Part shown: one piece after another, positions 14,339 through 25,488 of the stretch
Layout of the letters: every line of letters begins with the position of its first letter
Position numbering within the stretch: position 1 is the stretch's first letter
NCBI GenBank assembly: GCA_903942465.1
Contig: CAJAPA010000012.1
Location: 4,636-68,635 of the forward strand
Source of the DNA: an uncultured Gammaproteobacteria bacterium
GTDB taxonomy: Bacteria > Pseudomonadota > Gammaproteobacteria > Xanthomonadales > Xanthomonadaceae
Direction of reading: 5' to 3'
Length of the DNA: 64,000 nt
Position numbers and translations under genes: made by a program
The notes under the pieces: generated by a model
What the model was told of the DNA's origin: nothing
What the model saw: only the letters and a program-made list of their open reading frames with translations
The model's database searches: none

Positions 14339-15105
14339 TTCAGCGTGACCGCTTCGGGAAGTCCCCATTCCGGTGGATACAGGGCGCCGAGGAACATCAG
14401 GCCTTCGGCCGGCGCGGTCGGCCCGGCCACGGTGCGGTCACGGCCGTCGAGCAGGGTCTTCATCCAGTCCACCGGCTGTTCGCCTTTGCCGATCAACAAC
14501 AGACTGCCGACCAGATTGCGCACCATGTGATGCAGGAAGGCGTTGGCCTGCACATCGAAATAAATCGTGTCGCCCTCGCGGCTGACATCGAGCCGGTGCA
14601 GATTGCGGTTCGGGTGCTTGGCCTGGCACTGCACGGTGCGGAACGCGCTGAAATCCTGTTCGCCGAGAATTTTCTGCGCCGCTTCATGCATGCGCGCGGC
14701 ATCGAGCTCTTCCCGGCTCCAGCTCAGGAAGTGGCGGTTGATGGCCGGCTTGACCGGGCGAATCAATAGGCTGTATCGGTAACGGCGCGCACGGGCGCAG
14801 TAACGGGCGTGGAAATCGTCGGGCACGGTCTGCATCCAGAGCGCGCGGATGCTGTCGGGAAGCCGGGTGTTGGTGCCGAGCACCCAGGCGCGGGCATCGC
14901 GCGGAGCATCGGAATCGAAATGCACCAGCTGGCAGCGGGCCGACACGCGGGCATCGGTACGCCCGGAGCAGACCACCTCGATGGGAGCATCGGCCACGAA
15001 CGAGACGGCCTTCTCGACCGCGGCCTGAATGGTGTCGCCGGTATCGTGTTTCTGCCAGCCCATGAACGGGCTGCCGTCGTACTCCAAGGCCATCGCGTAA
15101 CGCAT
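14335..15105 (-). CDS. truA: tRNA pseudouridine(38-40) synthase
   Basis: [14 protein letters not shown] catalytic Asp, AFLHHMVR. Confidence 0.96.
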   Translation of the reverse strand: MRYAMALEYDGSPFMGWQKHDTGDTIQAAVEKAVSFVADAPIEVVCSGRTDARVSARCQLVHFDSDAPRDARAWVLGTNTRLPDSIRALWMQTVPDDFHARYCARARRYRYSLLIRPVKPAINRHFLSWSREELDAARMHEAAQKILGEQDFSAFRTVQCQAKHPNRNLHRLDVSREGDTIYFDVQANAFLHHMVRNLVGSLLLIGKGEQPVDWMKTLLDGRDRTVAGPTAPAEGLMFLGALYPPEWGLPEAVTLK

Positions 15106-15133
15106 GCATCGTCCTGTCGCGGGCGCCCTGCGC

Positions 15134-15487
15134 TCACATGGTATGGGTCGGCGAATCGGAATCCATCATGCCGGCCAGCGTGGCCTCGATCTTATGGCGG
15201 ATTTCATGGTTCTCGGCGGCATCGCTGAGTTGCACGCCGACACCGGGGCGGCGGCCGCCCATCTGCCCCATCGGCGAGACCCAGACCACCTTGCCGACTA
15301 CCGGCAAACGCGCCTTGTCTTCCATGAAGGTGACCATCAGGAACACTTCATCGCCCAGATGGTAGCGTTTCGGGGTTGGCACGAAGATTGCGCCGCCTTT
15401 CACATAGGGCATGTAGGCGCTGTACAGCTCCTTCCGGTCCTTGATCTGGAGCGAAAGCAATCCTTGCTTGGCGGTGGGTGTGGCCAT
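15134..15487 (-). CDS. pilZ: Type IV pilus assembly PilZ (PA2960-type)
   Basis: [24 protein letters not shown]; follows holB. Confidence 0.92.
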   Translation of the reverse strand: MATPTAKQGLLSLQIKDRKELYSAYMPYVKGGAIFVPTPKRYHLGDEVFLMVTFMEDKARLPVVGKVVWVSPMGQMGGRRPGVGVQLSDAAENHEIRHKIEATLAGMMDSDSPTHTM

Positions 15488-15496
15488 GGGGGTGTC

Positions 15497-16468
15497 CTAT
15501 CGGAAATCCTGCAGCAGTTGCCGCCATTCCAGCATCCGTCCGGCCAGGCCGAGATCGTGACGCAGGGGCTGGCTTAAGCTTAACCGCAAACGGTTGATGC
15601 CATCAATCCATTCCTTCAGGCGCTCGACAGCCTGCGGGCGCTTGGCGCCTTCGGCCGCCTGTGCCGCCCAAGTCCGGGCCAGGCCATAGCCGATCTGCGC
15701 CGCGAACAGCAGACGAAGGTCGGTACGTTCATCGGCCAGCCATTTGCGGGCGATTGCGGCCGGGCCGGTCTGGTTCTTCACGCAGGCGGCCAGATCGGCA
15801 CGGACCTCTTGGTACAGGGCCGATCCGTCGTTTCCGGCCCATTCCAGGGCAAGGCCCGGATTGCCACCCGCCATGACCAGCAGGGCCTTGGCATCGGCTT
15901 CTGCAATGCGGTTCTGCTTCAGCCAGGCCAGTGCCGTGGCAGTGTCCGGGCACGCCATTTCGAGGCGCTGGCAGCGACTGCGTACCGTGGCCGGCAGGGC
16001 CTTGGGCTGGTCGGTGACCAGAATCAGGTAGCGCCCAGGCATGGGTTCTTCCAGGGTTTTCAACAGGGCATTGGCAGCCTGGGCATTCATGCGGTGCGCG
16101 GTTTCGATGATGACCACCCGCGGTCCGGCCAGCTGCGCAGTCAGGGCCAACCATTCCGACATGTCACGGATCTGGTCAACGCCGATGGCGGTTTTCAGCT
16201 TGCCGGTTTTTTCGTTGAGCTCGATGCCGATCTGCCGGAAATCGCCATGGCTGCCCTGCTCGAAACGCTGGCAGGCCGTGCAAACCGAGCACGCCGCCTC
16301 GGCATCGCCGGCCTGCTGGCACAGCAGACGCTTGGCCAAAGCCCGCGCCAGCTCCAATTTGCCGAGATGGGCCTCGCCCTGCAACAGTTGCGCGTGCCCG
16401 AGACGTTGCGAGCGGAAAGCGGTCACTGCACGGTCAAATAATGGCTGTTGCCAGGCGCTGAGGCTCAT
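15497..16468 (-). CDS. holB: DNA polymerase III delta-prime subunit
   Basis: Cys cluster, [18 protein letters not shown]. Confidence 0.95.
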   Translation of the reverse strand: MSLSAWQQPLFDRAVTAFRSQRLGHAQLLQGEAHLGKLELARALAKRLLCQQAGDAEAACSVCTACQRFEQGSHGDFRQIGIELNEKTGKLKTAIGVDQIRDMSEWLALTAQLAGPRVVIIETAHRMNAQAANALLKTLEEPMPGRYLILVTDQPKALPATVRSRCQRLEMACPDTATALAWLKQNRIAEADAKALLVMAGGNPGLALEWAGNDGSALYQEVRADLAACVKNQTGPAAIARKWLADERTDLRLLFAAQIGYGLARTWAAQAAEGAKRPQAVERLKEWIDGINRLRLSLSQPLRHDLGLAGRMLEWRQLLQDFR

Positions 16469-17094
16469 GCCTTCATCCAGTGGCCAACCGCCGCAAGGAC
16501 CTGCCGCACGACATCGTCCTGCGACTGCGAGGCATCGATGATGACGATGCGCAGCGGCTCCTGCGCGGCACGTTGCAGGTAGGACTCACGCACGCGCAGG
16601 AAGAAGTCGCTACGCTCCTGTTCGATGCGGTCCAAGGCCTGCCCGCGGGCTTGTGCGCGTGCCATGCCCTGCTCGACGCCCAGATCAAGCAGCAGCGTCA
16701 AATCGGGACGGATGCCGACGAAGTCCCGTTCGAGTGCTTCGATCTGCGCCAGTGGCAAGCCGCGGCCGCCGCCCTGATAGGCGAAGCTGGCATCGGTGAA
16801 ACGGTCGGTCAGCACATACTGGCCCTGCGCCAATGCCGGACGGATCAGCTCTTCAACCAACTGCGCGCGCGAGGCGAACATCAATAGCAGCTCGGCTTCC
16901 GGCACGATGCGGTGATCGGGCGATAACAGGACCTGCCGGATGCGCTCGCCGACCTCCGTTCCCCCCGGTTCGCGGGTACCGATGACCGTGATGCCGGCAT
17001 CACTGAGGAACTGGCGGATGGCGTTGAACACCGTCGTTTTACCGGCGCCATCGCCGCCTTCGATGCTGATGAGTTTTCCGGAATTCTGGGGCAT
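16465..17094 (-). CDS. tmk: Thymidylate kinase
   Basis: EGGDGAGKTT, TREPGG, DRF. Confidence 0.97.
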   Translation of the reverse strand: MPQNSGKLISIEGGDGAGKTTVFNAIRQFLSDAGITVIGTREPGGTEVGERIRQVLLSPDHRIVPEAELLLMFASRAQLVEELIRPALAQGQYVLTDRFTDASFAYQGGGRGLPLAQIEALERDFVGIRPDLTLLLDLGVEQGMARAQARGQALDRIEQERSDFFLRVRESYLQRAAQEPLRIVIIDASQSQDDVVRQVLAAVGHWMKA

Positions 17095-17095
17095 A

Positions 17096-18109
17096 TCAGG
17101 GCTTCAACTGATAGGTTTTCACCGCTTTGCGGTGCTGCTCGTAGGTGGCAGAGAACACATGACCGCCGTCGCCGGTGGCCACGAAGAACAAGGACTCGCC
17201 CGGCGCCGGATGTGCTGCCGCCTCCAGCGCAGCGCGCCCGGGCATCGCGATCGGTGTGGGCGGCAAGCCATGCATACGGTAGGTGTTGTAAGGGGTCACG
17301 GTCTGCAGGTCTTTTTTGCGGATATTGCCATCATACGCGTCACCGATGCCGTAGATGACGGTCGGGTCGGTTTCCAGACGCATGCCTTTCTGCAAGCGGC
17401 GCACGAACACGCCGGAAATCTGAGGACGCTCCTCGGCTTTGCCGGTTTCCTTTTCGACGATCGAGGCCAGAGTCAGTAACTCCTCCGGCGTTTTCAGCGG
17501 CAGGCCGGAATCCCGTCCGTTCCAGCTTTCGGCCAGCGCCACGTCCATGGCCTCGGCAGCCTGCATTAGCAAATCACTGCGCTTGCCGGATTTCGGTACG
17601 AAGTAGGTATCGGGCAGGAAACGGCCTTCGGGATGCACGCCCTTACGCCCCAAAAGCGACATGATCTCGCTGTCGGATTTGCCGGTGAGGTCATCGTCCA
17701 GATCGGGCAAGGCCGCCAATTCTGCGCGCATTTGCCGGAAACTGCGTCCTTCCACCAAGGTGTATTTCACCCGGGCGGTATCGCCACTGGCCAGCATGAC
17801 CAGCACACCGGCAGGGGTCGTGCCGTCGGTGAATTCATAATCCCCGACATGGATACGGCCGGCCATATCCATCTGCATGGCCAGCACCTTCCATTGCCAA
17901 TCCCAACCCTGACTCATTCCGGAAGCACGCAGCTTCGGCAGCACGCGGTTCAGGCCATCGCCTTTGGCAACCGTCACCATCGCCGGCGCCCGGAGCTGCA
18001 GAGGGGTCTGCCCGAATTCTCGCAAGCGCAGAACTCCGAACACACTGAGCGCGACTGCCAGTATCCCGGTGAGAAAAAAGTATTTACGCCAGCGGCTTTT
18101 CTTGGCCAT
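17096..18109 (-). CDS. mltG: Endolytic transglycosylase MltG
   Basis: LASIVEKET catalytic Glu, LETDPTV, YNTY..GLPPTPI. Confidence 0.96.
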   Translation of the reverse strand: MAKKSRWRKYFFLTGILAVALSVFGVLRLREFGQTPLQLRAPAMVTVAKGDGLNRVLPKLRASGMSQGWDWQWKVLAMQMDMAGRIHVGDYEFTDGTTPAGVLVMLASGDTARVKYTLVEGRSFRQMRAELAALPDLDDDLTGKSDSEIMSLLGRKGVHPEGRFLPDTYFVPKSGKRSDLLMQAAEAMDVALAESWNGRDSGLPLKTPEELLTLASIVEKETGKAEERPQISGVFVRRLQKGMRLETDPTVIYGIGDAYDGNIRKKDLQTVTPYNTYRMHGLPPTPIAMPGRAALEAAAHPAPGESLFFVATGDGGHVFSATYEQHRKAVKTYQLKP

Positions 18110-18112
18110 GCC

Positions 18113-18919
18113 TTACTCGTCAGCAAAAAACGGATGGGCGTCCAGAAAGCGCTGTTGCAGCGCGTCCAAGGCCGCGTGGCCGTTGATCGGAACGGTTCCG
18201 ATTCGGCGGACCTCCATGATACCGCGAACGGCATTGCACAGAAAAACCGCATCGGCGTTTTCCACCTGTGCACGGGTAAGCGGACCGATGCGGACATCCT
18301 CCCGCATGGCCAGCAGTTTTCCCCGGGCAATGCCGGCAATGCCGCATTGCGAAAGATCAGGGGTATGCCATTGCCCGCCGGCATGCACAAACACATTGGC
18401 GGCAGTGGCACAGACCACATGGCCATCGCCGTCACGCATCAGGCCTTCGTCGTGACCGGTATCGGCGCATTCGCGGCGGGCCAGGACATTTTCCAAGCGG
18501 TTCAGATGCTTCATGCCGGCCAGCGCCGGCTGCTGGGCGATCGGGGTCGTGCACCAATGCAAGCGCAGGGGTTCGGCCATCCGCGGCGGCAAAGGGTATG
18601 TGCTGAGAATGCAAGTGGCCGGCCCCGCGACCGGCAAATAGCCCCGTCCCGATTCGCCGCGGGTCAGGATAATCTTCAGCACCTGTGGTCGGGCATCGAG
18701 CAATTCCTGCGCGGCGGCATGAATCATGCCTTCATCGGGCAATGCCAGACCAAGGCGACCTGCGCCGCTCTGCAGCCGCCGCCAATGCGCAGGCCACCAG
18801 GGCAAATCACCACGGCTGGCTCGCAGGGTTTCGAACAGGCCATCGCCATACATCAAGCCACGATCCTGCGGCGACAGGGTTTTAATGCGGTCGTTGCCGC
18901 GGAAAACAATCGTGCTCAT
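18113..18919 (-). CDS. pabC: Aminodeoxychorismate lyase
   Basis: YGDGLFET, KHLNRLENV, GIAR. Confidence 0.93.
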   Translation of the reverse strand: MSTIVFRGNDRIKTLSPQDRGLMYGDGLFETLRASRGDLPWWPAHWRRLQSGAGRLGLALPDEGMIHAAAQELLDARPQVLKIILTRGESGRGYLPVAGPATCILSTYPLPPRMAEPLRLHWCTTPIAQQPALAGMKHLNRLENVLARRECADTGHDEGLMRDGDGHVVCATAANVFVHAGGQWHTPDLSQCGIAGIARGKLLAMREDVRIGPLTRAQVENADAVFLCNAVRGIMEVRRIGTVPINGHAALDALQQRFLDAHPFFADE

Positions 18920-20268
18920 TCCACGGCTCCGATCGCCCGCAGCAGACCTTTGGCTTTGGCCCGGGTTTCCTGCAGTTCATGGTCGGGGTTGGAATCGGCG
19001 ACAATGCCGCCGCCGGCCCGCAATTGCAGCCTTTCGCCCTGTAACCACAGGCTGCGGATAAGGATGTTCAGATCCATGTCGCCATTGCCATCAACGTAGC
19101 CGAGCGCACCGGTGTAGGGGCCGCGCCCACTCTGTTCCAGTTCCGCGATGATTTCCATGCAGTGCACCTTCGGACAGCCCGTGATGGTGCCGCCCGGAAA
19201 CACCGCGGCGATGACCGCACCCGGCGACGTTCCGGATTTGAGCGTACCGGTGACATTGGAAACGATATGGTGCACATGCGCGTAGGTTTCCACGCTCATC
19301 AGTTCATCGACTTTCACCGAGCCCGGCTCGCATACGCGCGACAGATCGTTGCGTTCCAGATCGATCAGCATCACATGTTCGGCGCGCTCTTTGGGGTGCC
19401 CGATCAATTCACGGATTTTCGCGGCTTCGTCATCACCGGGCATGCGCGGGCGCGTTCCGGCAATCGGCCGTGTCTGCACGCGGCCGTTCTTGATGCTGAC
19501 CAGACGCTCCGGCGAAGAGCTGAGCAGCGCCCAATCGGCATAACGCAGCAGGCCGGCAAATGGTGCCGGATTCATCCGGCACAGGCGCTCGTACAATGCA
19601 TACGCATTGGCGCCCGGAAAGTGGCCATTCCAGGCCCGCGACAGATTGACCTGGAACACATCGCCGGCTTTCAGGTAATCGAGAATGCGCGCAACCCCGG
19701 ATGTGAAGCGTTCCGGCGAGTCCTCTTGGCAGTGCCCGTACCGCGGCCATTCCGGCCCCGGCGGCAAGGCAGCGGCAGCGGCGATATCCGCTTCAATGGC
19801 AGACAGCAGATGCGCATGGGCGGGCTCGGCAACGGCCAGACATCGGTTATCGATGCGGTCGAACAGAATGGCGGCCGGACAGCGCAGTGCCAAAGCATCC
19901 GGCACGGGCCCATCAAATGCCGGCAAATCCAGCGAGGCTTCGATTTGGCCGGCGATCTCGTAGCCGAGATATAGCGCCCAGCCACCGTGAAACGGCAGAC
20001 CATCGTCATTGATGACGCGCGCATGCTGCTTGAATGCCGAATCGAACGCCGGAAGGAATCCGCCCCCGCGCACCCCGCCATCGAGTCCATGGGTTTCTCC
20101 ATTGCGGCTGTAAAGGCCTTCGCCGTTGGCGATGAACAGGATGTCCCAGCGCGACAAGGCATTGCCGCCCGCAACACTCTGCAGCAGCAGCGGATAGCGG
20201 GTGCAATCAAGACGCTGCAACGCCGTCGGATCGACGGTGTCAGGCAGCTCCTGGCGGATCAGGGCCAC
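18916..20268 (-). CDS. pabB: Aminodeoxychorismate synthase component I (chorismate-binding)
   Basis: SSPERL, PIAGTR, AEHVMLIDLERNDL, FPGGTITGCPK; directly upstream of pabC. Confidence 0.85.
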   Translation of the reverse strand: MALIRQELPDTVDPTALQRLDCTRYPLLLQSVAGGNALSRWDILFIANGEGLYSRNGETHGLDGGVRGGGFLPAFDSAFKQHARVINDDGLPFHGGWALYLGYEIAGQIEASLDLPAFDGPVPDALALRCPAAILFDRIDNRCLAVAEPAHAHLLSAIEADIAAAAALPPGPEWPRYGHCQEDSPERFTSGVARILDYLKAGDVFQVNLSRAWNGHFPGANAYALYERLCRMNPAPFAGLLRYADWALLSSSPERLVSIKNGRVQTRPIAGTRPRMPGDDEAAKIRELIGHPKERAEHVMLIDLERNDLSRVCEPGSVKVDELMSVETYAHVHHIVSNVTGTLKSGTSPGAVIAAVFPGGTITGCPKVHCMEIIAELEQSGRGPYTGALGYVDGNGDMDLNILIRSLWLQGERLQLRAGGGIVADSNPDHELQETRAKAKGLLRAIGAVE

Positions 20269-20275
20269 TCGGCCC

Positions 20276-21511
20276 TCAGAGCTTGCGGAACACCAAAGTG
20301 CCGTTGGTGCCCCCGAAACCGAAACCGTTCGACATCACCACATCGAGTTTCTTCTCGCGCGGCACATTCGGCACGTAATCCAGATCACAGCCTTCAGAGG
20401 CGTTTTCCAGATTGATGGTCGGCGGCACGATGCCGTTTTGCATAGCCAGAATCGACAGCACCGCCTCGACACCGCCTGCAGCACCGAGCAGGTGACCGGT
20501 CATCGACTTGGTGGAGCTGACCAGGGTTTTGTAAGCATGATCGCCCAGTGCCAGTTTCATGGCATTGGTTTCGGCCAGATCACCCAGCGGCGTGGATGTG
20601 CCATGGGCATTGAGGTAATCGATCTGGTCGGCATTGACGCCGGCATCCTTCATCGCCATCACCATGCAGCGCGACGGGCCATCGCCGGAGTCGCTGGGGG
20701 CGGTCATGTGATAGGCATCGGAACTGGCGCCGAAACCGGCCAATTCGCAGTAGATGCGGGCGCCTCGGGCTTTGGCGTGTTCGTATTCCTCCAGCACCAG
20801 AATGCCGGCACCGTCGCCGAGCACGAAGCCATCGCGGTCGCGGTCCCACGGGCGACTGGCACGCGCGGGCTCGTCATTGCGGGTCGACAGCGCCTTCATC
20901 GCACAGAATCCGGCGACTGCGGTCGGCGTACAGCCGTGTTCGGCACCGCCGGCGACCATGATGTCGGCATCGCCGTACTGGATCATGCGCATGGCCATGC
21001 CGATGGAGTGATTGGAAGAGGCACAGGCCGAGACGGCCGAGAAATTGGGACCTTTGAAACCTTTCATGATGCACAGCTGGCCGGAAATCATGTTGATGAT
21101 GGTGCTCGGCACGTAGAACGGTGAGACCTTGCGCGGACCACCCAAATGCAGGTCGACCGCGGTCTCCTCGATGCCGCGGATTCCGCCGATGCCGGAGCCG
21201 ACCAGCACGCCGGCGCGCTCGGCGTTGGCTTCGGTGATTTCCAGACCGGCATCCTGCATGGCCATGAACGAGGCGGCCAGGCCGTAGTGGATGAAGATAT
21301 CCATCTTCTTGACGTCTTTCGGCGGAAACCAGGCTTTCGGATCGAAATCCTTGACCTCGCCGGCGATGTGGGTCGCCATGGCGCTGGCATCGAAATGGGT
21401 GATGTTGCCGATGCCGGAACGGCCATTCATGACGGCATCCCAGTTGCTGGCCAAATCGTTGCCCAGCGGCGACAGGATGCCCATACCAGTGACTACAACA
21501 CGACGTTTCAT
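20276..21511 (-). CDS. fabF: 3-oxoacyl-ACP synthase II
   Basis: SACASS Cys, [22 protein letters not shown]; start MKRRVVVTG at 21511. Confidence 0.97.
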   Translation of the reverse strand: MKRRVVVTGMGILSPLGNDLASNWDAVMNGRSGIGNITHFDASAMATHIAGEVKDFDPKAWFPPKDVKKMDIFIHYGLAASFMAMQDAGLEITEANAERAGVLVGSGIGGIRGIEETAVDLHLGGPRKVSPFYVPSTIINMISGQLCIMKGFKGPNFSAVSACASSNHSIGMAMRMIQYGDADIMVAGGAEHGCTPTAVAGFCAMKALSTRNDEPARASRPWDRDRDGFVLGDGAGILVLEEYEHAKARGARIYCELAGFGASSDAYHMTAPSDSGDGPSRCMVMAMKDAGVNADQIDYLNAHGTSTPLGDLAETNAMKLALGDHAYKTLVSSTKSMTGHLLGAAGGVEAVLSILAMQNGIVPPTINLENASEGCDLDYVPNVPREKKLDVVMSNGFGFGGTNGTLVFRKL

Positions 21512-21557
21512 AAGCGAGACTCCGGAATTTTGACAGCTCGGGGCGGCCTTGCCACCC

Positions 21558-22235
21558 TCAATGAAGTGAATCGATAAAACGAAGCCCCTTCGCGTGGGAT
21601 GCCACGCTCCGGCCTTCAACGCAGACTATTGTACCGCTCGTTTCGGCGGAATAGGAGTCCGGATCCTGGTATGCCAGCCACCAGTTCTCATGCATGTGGA
21701 GAAAGCGGAACGCCTCTGCTTGCGGTGATTTCGGAACCGCATTCCTGCTGCCGTGCACCAAGGCCAGATTGGTGCCGGTACCGCCGCCGAACGGACGGCC
21801 CAACCAGAGCCAGGACTGACCGGCACAGGGCATCCGCTGGGTGTCGACGATAAACAGACCGACCCGATGCCTGACGTCGGCATGCGCGGGAACCGCATAC
21901 GGCGCCAATGCCTCGATGCTCATGCGAACCCGCCAGCGCCAGCCGGCCTGGCTGTCCGCGAACGCGTCGGGTGCGAGCACCGTGAGCGCCGATGCGGCCA
22001 GCAGGCAGACACCGGCGTACTGCATGCGCAAGGGCGCATCGCCATCCCGATAGCGCCGCCACCACAGTCCCATCTCCGCCAATACCCAGAACAGCAGGAT
22101 GAATCGGAAATAGAACAGGAAATCATAAAGCCAGAGCCGCGGGACGAGATCTTCGGCCCATGGCGAATAAACGGAGCCCGCCCAGAGCCAGAGGCCGCTG
22201 AGCAGTGTCAAAACGATTAAGCGGCGGATGGACAT
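21558..22235 (-). CDS. Hypothetical Trp-rich membrane protein (about 3 N-terminal TM helices plus a C-terminal domain)
   Basis: 225-aa ORF fills the acpP-fabF gap exactly on the operon strand; hydrophobic segments near the N-terminus; no recognised motif. Confidence 0.7.
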   Translation of the reverse strand: MSIRRLIVLTLLSGLWLWAGSVYSPWAEDLVPRLWLYDFLFYFRFILLFWVLAEMGLWWRRYRDGDAPLRMQYAGVCLLAASALTVLAPDAFADSQAGWRWRVRMSIEALAPYAVPAHADVRHRVGLFIVDTQRMPCAGQSWLWLGRPFGGGTGTNLALVHGSRNAVPKSPQAEAFRFLHMHENWWLAYQDPDSYSAETSGTIVCVEGRSVASHAKGLRFIDSLH

Positions 22236-22247
22236 GCAATCAGCTGG

Positions 22248-22278
22248 AAGCAAACAGGGCCGCATTGAGCGGCCCTGT
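22248..22278 (-). terminator. Intrinsic terminator after acpP
   Basis: CAGGGCCGC-TCAAT-GCGGCCCTG-TTTGCTT on minus strand. Confidence 0.7.
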
Positions 22279-22298
22279 GGCAGTCCATGTCCCGGCAA

Positions 22299-22538
22299 TC
22301 AGGCCTTGACGTGGGCTTTGATGTAATCGATGGCTTGCTGGATCGAGGTGATTTTTTCAGCCTCCTCGTCCGGAATTTCGCATTCGAATTCTTCTTCGAG
22401 CGCCATCACCAGTTCGACGGTATCGAGCGAGTCGGCGCCAAGATCATCCACGAACGAGGCGTTGGCGGTGGCTTCTTCTTCCTTCACGCCCAGCTGCTCA
22501 ACCACAATTTTCTTAACGCGTTCTTCAATAGTGCTCAT
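22299..22538 (-). CDS. acpP: Acyl carrier protein
   Basis: [11 protein letters not shown]...[12 protein letters not shown]. Confidence 0.98.
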   Translation of the reverse strand: MSTIEERVKKIVVEQLGVKEEEATANASFVDDLGADSLDTVELVMALEEEFECEIPDEEAEKITSIQQAIDYIKAHVKA

Positions 22539-22655
22539 GAAACTGTCTCCTCCCGAGGAGTAACGATTTTGGGCTATGGAATCATGCCGCCGGCGCTTGG
22601 CCCAAACCACGCCGGACAGGATTTAGAGTATTTTATCAAACTTTGACCGGAATGG

Positions 22656-23399
22656 TCATGGCATGTACATGCCGCCATTCACATTCAGGGTTTCACCGGT
22701 GATGTAGGCCGCCGCCGGACCGGCCAGAAACGCCACCGCTTCGGCGATGTCGGACGGGCTGCCCAGTCGCCCAAGGGCAATCTGCCCCATCAGCGCCTGC
22801 TTGGCTTCTTCAGGGAGCGAATCGGTCATATCGGTCTGGATGAAGCCCGGCGCGACGACATTGACGGTGATGCCGCGCGAACCGATTTCCTTGGCCAGGG
22901 ACTTCGAGAATGCGATGATGCCGGCCTTGGCGGCGGCATAGTTGGCCTGGCCGGCATTACCGGTCAAACCGATAACCGAGGCGATATTGATGATGCGGCC
23001 CTTGCGCGCCTTCATCATCCCGCGCATGACCGCTTTGCTGGTGCGGTAGACCGAGCTCAGATTGGTATCGAGAATGATGTTCCAATCCTCGTCTTTCATC
23101 CGCATGAGAATCTGATCGCGGGTAATGCCCGCATTGTTGACCAGCACGCTGATCGGTCCGATGCTTTTGCCGGTGTCCTCGATGACGGCATCCACGGCCG
23201 CGCTGTCGGTCACATCCAGCACTTTGCCGATGCCGCCGACGGAAGCCATGCGGGCCGAAATGGCCTGTGCACCCGATTCGGTGGTGGCCGTGCCGACCAC
23301 TTTGGCGCCGCGTGCGGCGAGCAGGTCGGCAATGGCCGCACCGATGCCCCGGCTGGCGCCGGTAACCAGAACCACTTCACCGCTGAGATCATAGGTCAT
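22656..23399 (-). CDS. fabG: 3-oxoacyl-ACP reductase
   Basis: TGASRGIG, NNAGITRD, YAAAK. Confidence 0.97.
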   Translation of the reverse strand: MTYDLSGEVVLVTGASRGIGAAIADLLAARGAKVVGTATTESGAQAISARMASVGGIGKVLDVTDSAAVDAVIEDTGKSIGPISVLVNNAGITRDQILMRMKDEDWNIILDTNLSSVYRTSKAVMRGMMKARKGRIINIASVIGLTGNAGQANYAAAKAGIIAFSKSLAKEIGSRGITVNVVAPGFIQTDMTDSLPEEAKQALMGQIALGRLGSPSDIAEAVAFLAGPAAAYITGETLNVNGGMYMP

Positions 23400-23408
23400 T
23401 GCGTGTCC

Positions 23409-24353
23409 TTATTCGAAAGCCTGTGATGCCGTAGCCTGCCAATCGGCGGTACTGACCAGATTATAGGTGGAAACGGACTTGTCGATACGCTTGACCAGTC
23501 CGGCCAAGACCTTGCCTGGACCGCACTCGACGGCATGACGGACACCGGCAGATGCCAAGGCCTGCGTACAGCGCGTCCACTGCACCGGCAGATAAAGCTG
23601 CTCGACCAAGGCGTGTTGAATCGCGGCAATGTCGGCTTTCGGTGCGGCATCGACATTGTGAATGACCGGACGGTCCGGCATCTGCCAGGTGGCCGCAGCA
23701 ATGGCGTTCTGCAGTTGCAACGCGGCCTCGCGCATCAGCGGAGTATGCGAGGGCACACTGACCGCGAGCTTGACGGTTTTACGGATACCTGCTGCCTGCA
23801 ATGCGGCAATGGCACGGTCCACCGCATCGGCATGACCGCCGATGACGATCTGGCCGGGTGAGTTGTAGTTGGCGGGCACCACAACAGAAGTGCCCGTGCT
23901 GGTTTCGCTGCAGATCTGTTCAACTTGGGCATCCTCGGCACCAAGCACGGCCGCCATAGCCCCGGTACCGGTCGGCACGGCGGCCTGCATGAATTGACCA
24001 CGCAGGCGCACCAGATGCGCGCCGTCTTTCAGGGACAGCGCACCGGAGGCGACCAGCGCCGCATATTCGCCCAGACTATGGCCGGAAAGAATTGCCGGCT
24101 GCGGCAGGGCCTGCTCCTGCCAGAGACGCCAGAGCGCGATGTTCGCCGCAAGCAGTGCGGGCTGGGTGAATTCGGTCTGGTTCAGTCGGTCTTCGGGATT
24201 ATCCAGACTGATCTGCCAGAGATCGACACCGGCGCCTTCCGAGGCTTCGGCGAAGGTCTCAGCGATAAGCGGATGGGCTGCGGCCAACTCGGCCAGCATG
24301 CCTTGCGACTGGGAGCCCTGTCCGGGAAAAACGAATGCCAGTTGCGGAATCAT
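23409..24353 (-). CDS. fabD: Malonyl-CoA:ACP transacylase
   Basis: FPGQGSQ, GHSLG, VPSH. Confidence 0.97.
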   Translation of the reverse strand: MIPQLAFVFPGQGSQSQGMLAELAAAHPLIAETFAEASEGAGVDLWQISLDNPEDRLNQTEFTQPALLAANIALWRLWQEQALPQPAILSGHSLGEYAALVASGALSLKDGAHLVRLRGQFMQAAVPTGTGAMAAVLGAEDAQVEQICSETSTGTSVVVPANYNSPGQIVIGGHADAVDRAIAALQAAGIRKTVKLAVSVPSHTPLMREAALQLQNAIAAATWQMPDRPVIHNVDAAPKADIAAIQHALVEQLYLPVQWTRCTQALASAGVRHAVECGPGKVLAGLVKRIDKSVSTYNLVSTADWQATASQAFE

Positions 24354-24426
24354 GGGTTGAGCGGCTCCGGTTGAGATTGGCCGCCATTAAACCAGTTAAT
24401 CGACCGTACTCACAAGTCCGGTCGGG

Positions 24427-25401
24427 TCAATAGCGGACCAGTGCCGAGCCCCACGTAAAGCCGCCGCCGAAAGCTTCGAGCAGCATCAATTGACCGCGCT
24501 GGATTTTGCCCGATCGCACCGCTTCGTCCAATGCCAGCGGTACTGAACCCGAGGAGGTGTTGCCGGTCTTGTCGACGGTCACAATGACCTGATCCATCGA
24601 CATGTCGAGGCGCTTGGCGGTGGCTTCGATGATGCGCAGATTGGCCTGATGCGGAATCAGCCAGTCCAGATCGGCCTTGCTCAAACCGTTGGCGTTCAGC
24701 GTTTCGTCAACCACGGAATCCAGGGCCTTGACCGCATGCTTGAACACTTCGCTGCCAGCCATGAGGATTTTCACGCCGGCATTGGGCGCACCGATATCAA
24801 AACCCTTGGACGGGCCGACCGGGCAGATCAGCAGTTCTTTCTTGCCGCCATCCGAATGCAGATGGGTGGACAGGATGCCGGCCTCCGTATCGGCTTTCAA
24901 AACAACGGCACCGGCGCCATCGCCGAACAGCACGCAGGTCGCGCGGTCGTTCCAGTCGACCAGGCGGGTCAGCGTTTCCGAACCGACCACCAAGGCGTTC
25001 TTGACGGTTCCGGCCCGGATGAACTGATCGGCCACGCTGAGTGCGTAAATAAATCCGGAGCAGGCGGCATTGACATCGAATGCGCCGCAGCCGCCGATGC
25101 CGAGCTTGTCCTGCAGCAGGCAGGCGGTGGACGGGAACACGATATCCGGCGTGGTGGTGCCGACGATGATCAGTTCGATTTCATCAGCACGCATGCCGGC
25201 GGCTTCCAGTGCCTTCAATGAGGCCTGATAGGCCAAGTCGCTGGTGGTTTCACCGTCGGCCGCGACATGGCGCTCGCGGATGCCGCTACGGGTGACGATC
25301 CACTCATCGCTGGTGTCGACGATCTTTTCCAGATCGGCGTTGGTGAGGATCCGCTCGGGCAGATAGCTGCCGGTACCGGCGATGCGCGAAAATGTGGCCA
25401 T
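24427..25401 (-). CDS. fabH: 3-oxoacyl-ACP synthase III
   Basis: AACSGF, IPHQAN, GNTSSG catalytic triad. Confidence 0.97.
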   Translation of the reverse strand: MATFSRIAGTGSYLPERILTNADLEKIVDTSDEWIVTRSGIRERHVAADGETTSDLAYQASLKALEAAGMRADEIELIIVGTTTPDIVFPSTACLLQDKLGIGGCGAFDVNAACSGFIYALSVADQFIRAGTVKNALVVGSETLTRLVDWNDRATCVLFGDGAGAVVLKADTEAGILSTHLHSDGGKKELLICPVGPSKGFDIGAPNAGVKILMAGSEVFKHAVKALDSVVDETLNANGLSKADLDWLIPHQANLRIIEATAKRLDMSMDQVIVTVDKTGNTSSGSVPLALDEAVRSGKIQRGQLMLLEAFGGGFTWGSALVRY

Positions 25402-25428
25402 GGAATCGTTGTCCTGTTTCAGAAAAGC

Positions 25429-25454
25429 TTAAGGCGAGCCGGAGCTCGCCTTAA
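25429..25454 (-). terminator. Strong hairpin between rpmF and fabH (terminator or mRNA stabiliser)
   Basis: 11-bp perfect stem TTAAGGCGAGC-TCCG-GCTCGCCTTAA followed by GCTTTT; cUNCGg-type loop. Confidence 0.65.
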
Positions 25455-25488
25455 ATACCTTAGAGCATACCCGACAGGCGGGCAAGCC

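Noticed and set aside
25402-25488. Absence of plsX between rpmF and fabH
   Set aside because: As I recall this is the usual state in Xanthomonadales, so it is not specific to this window.
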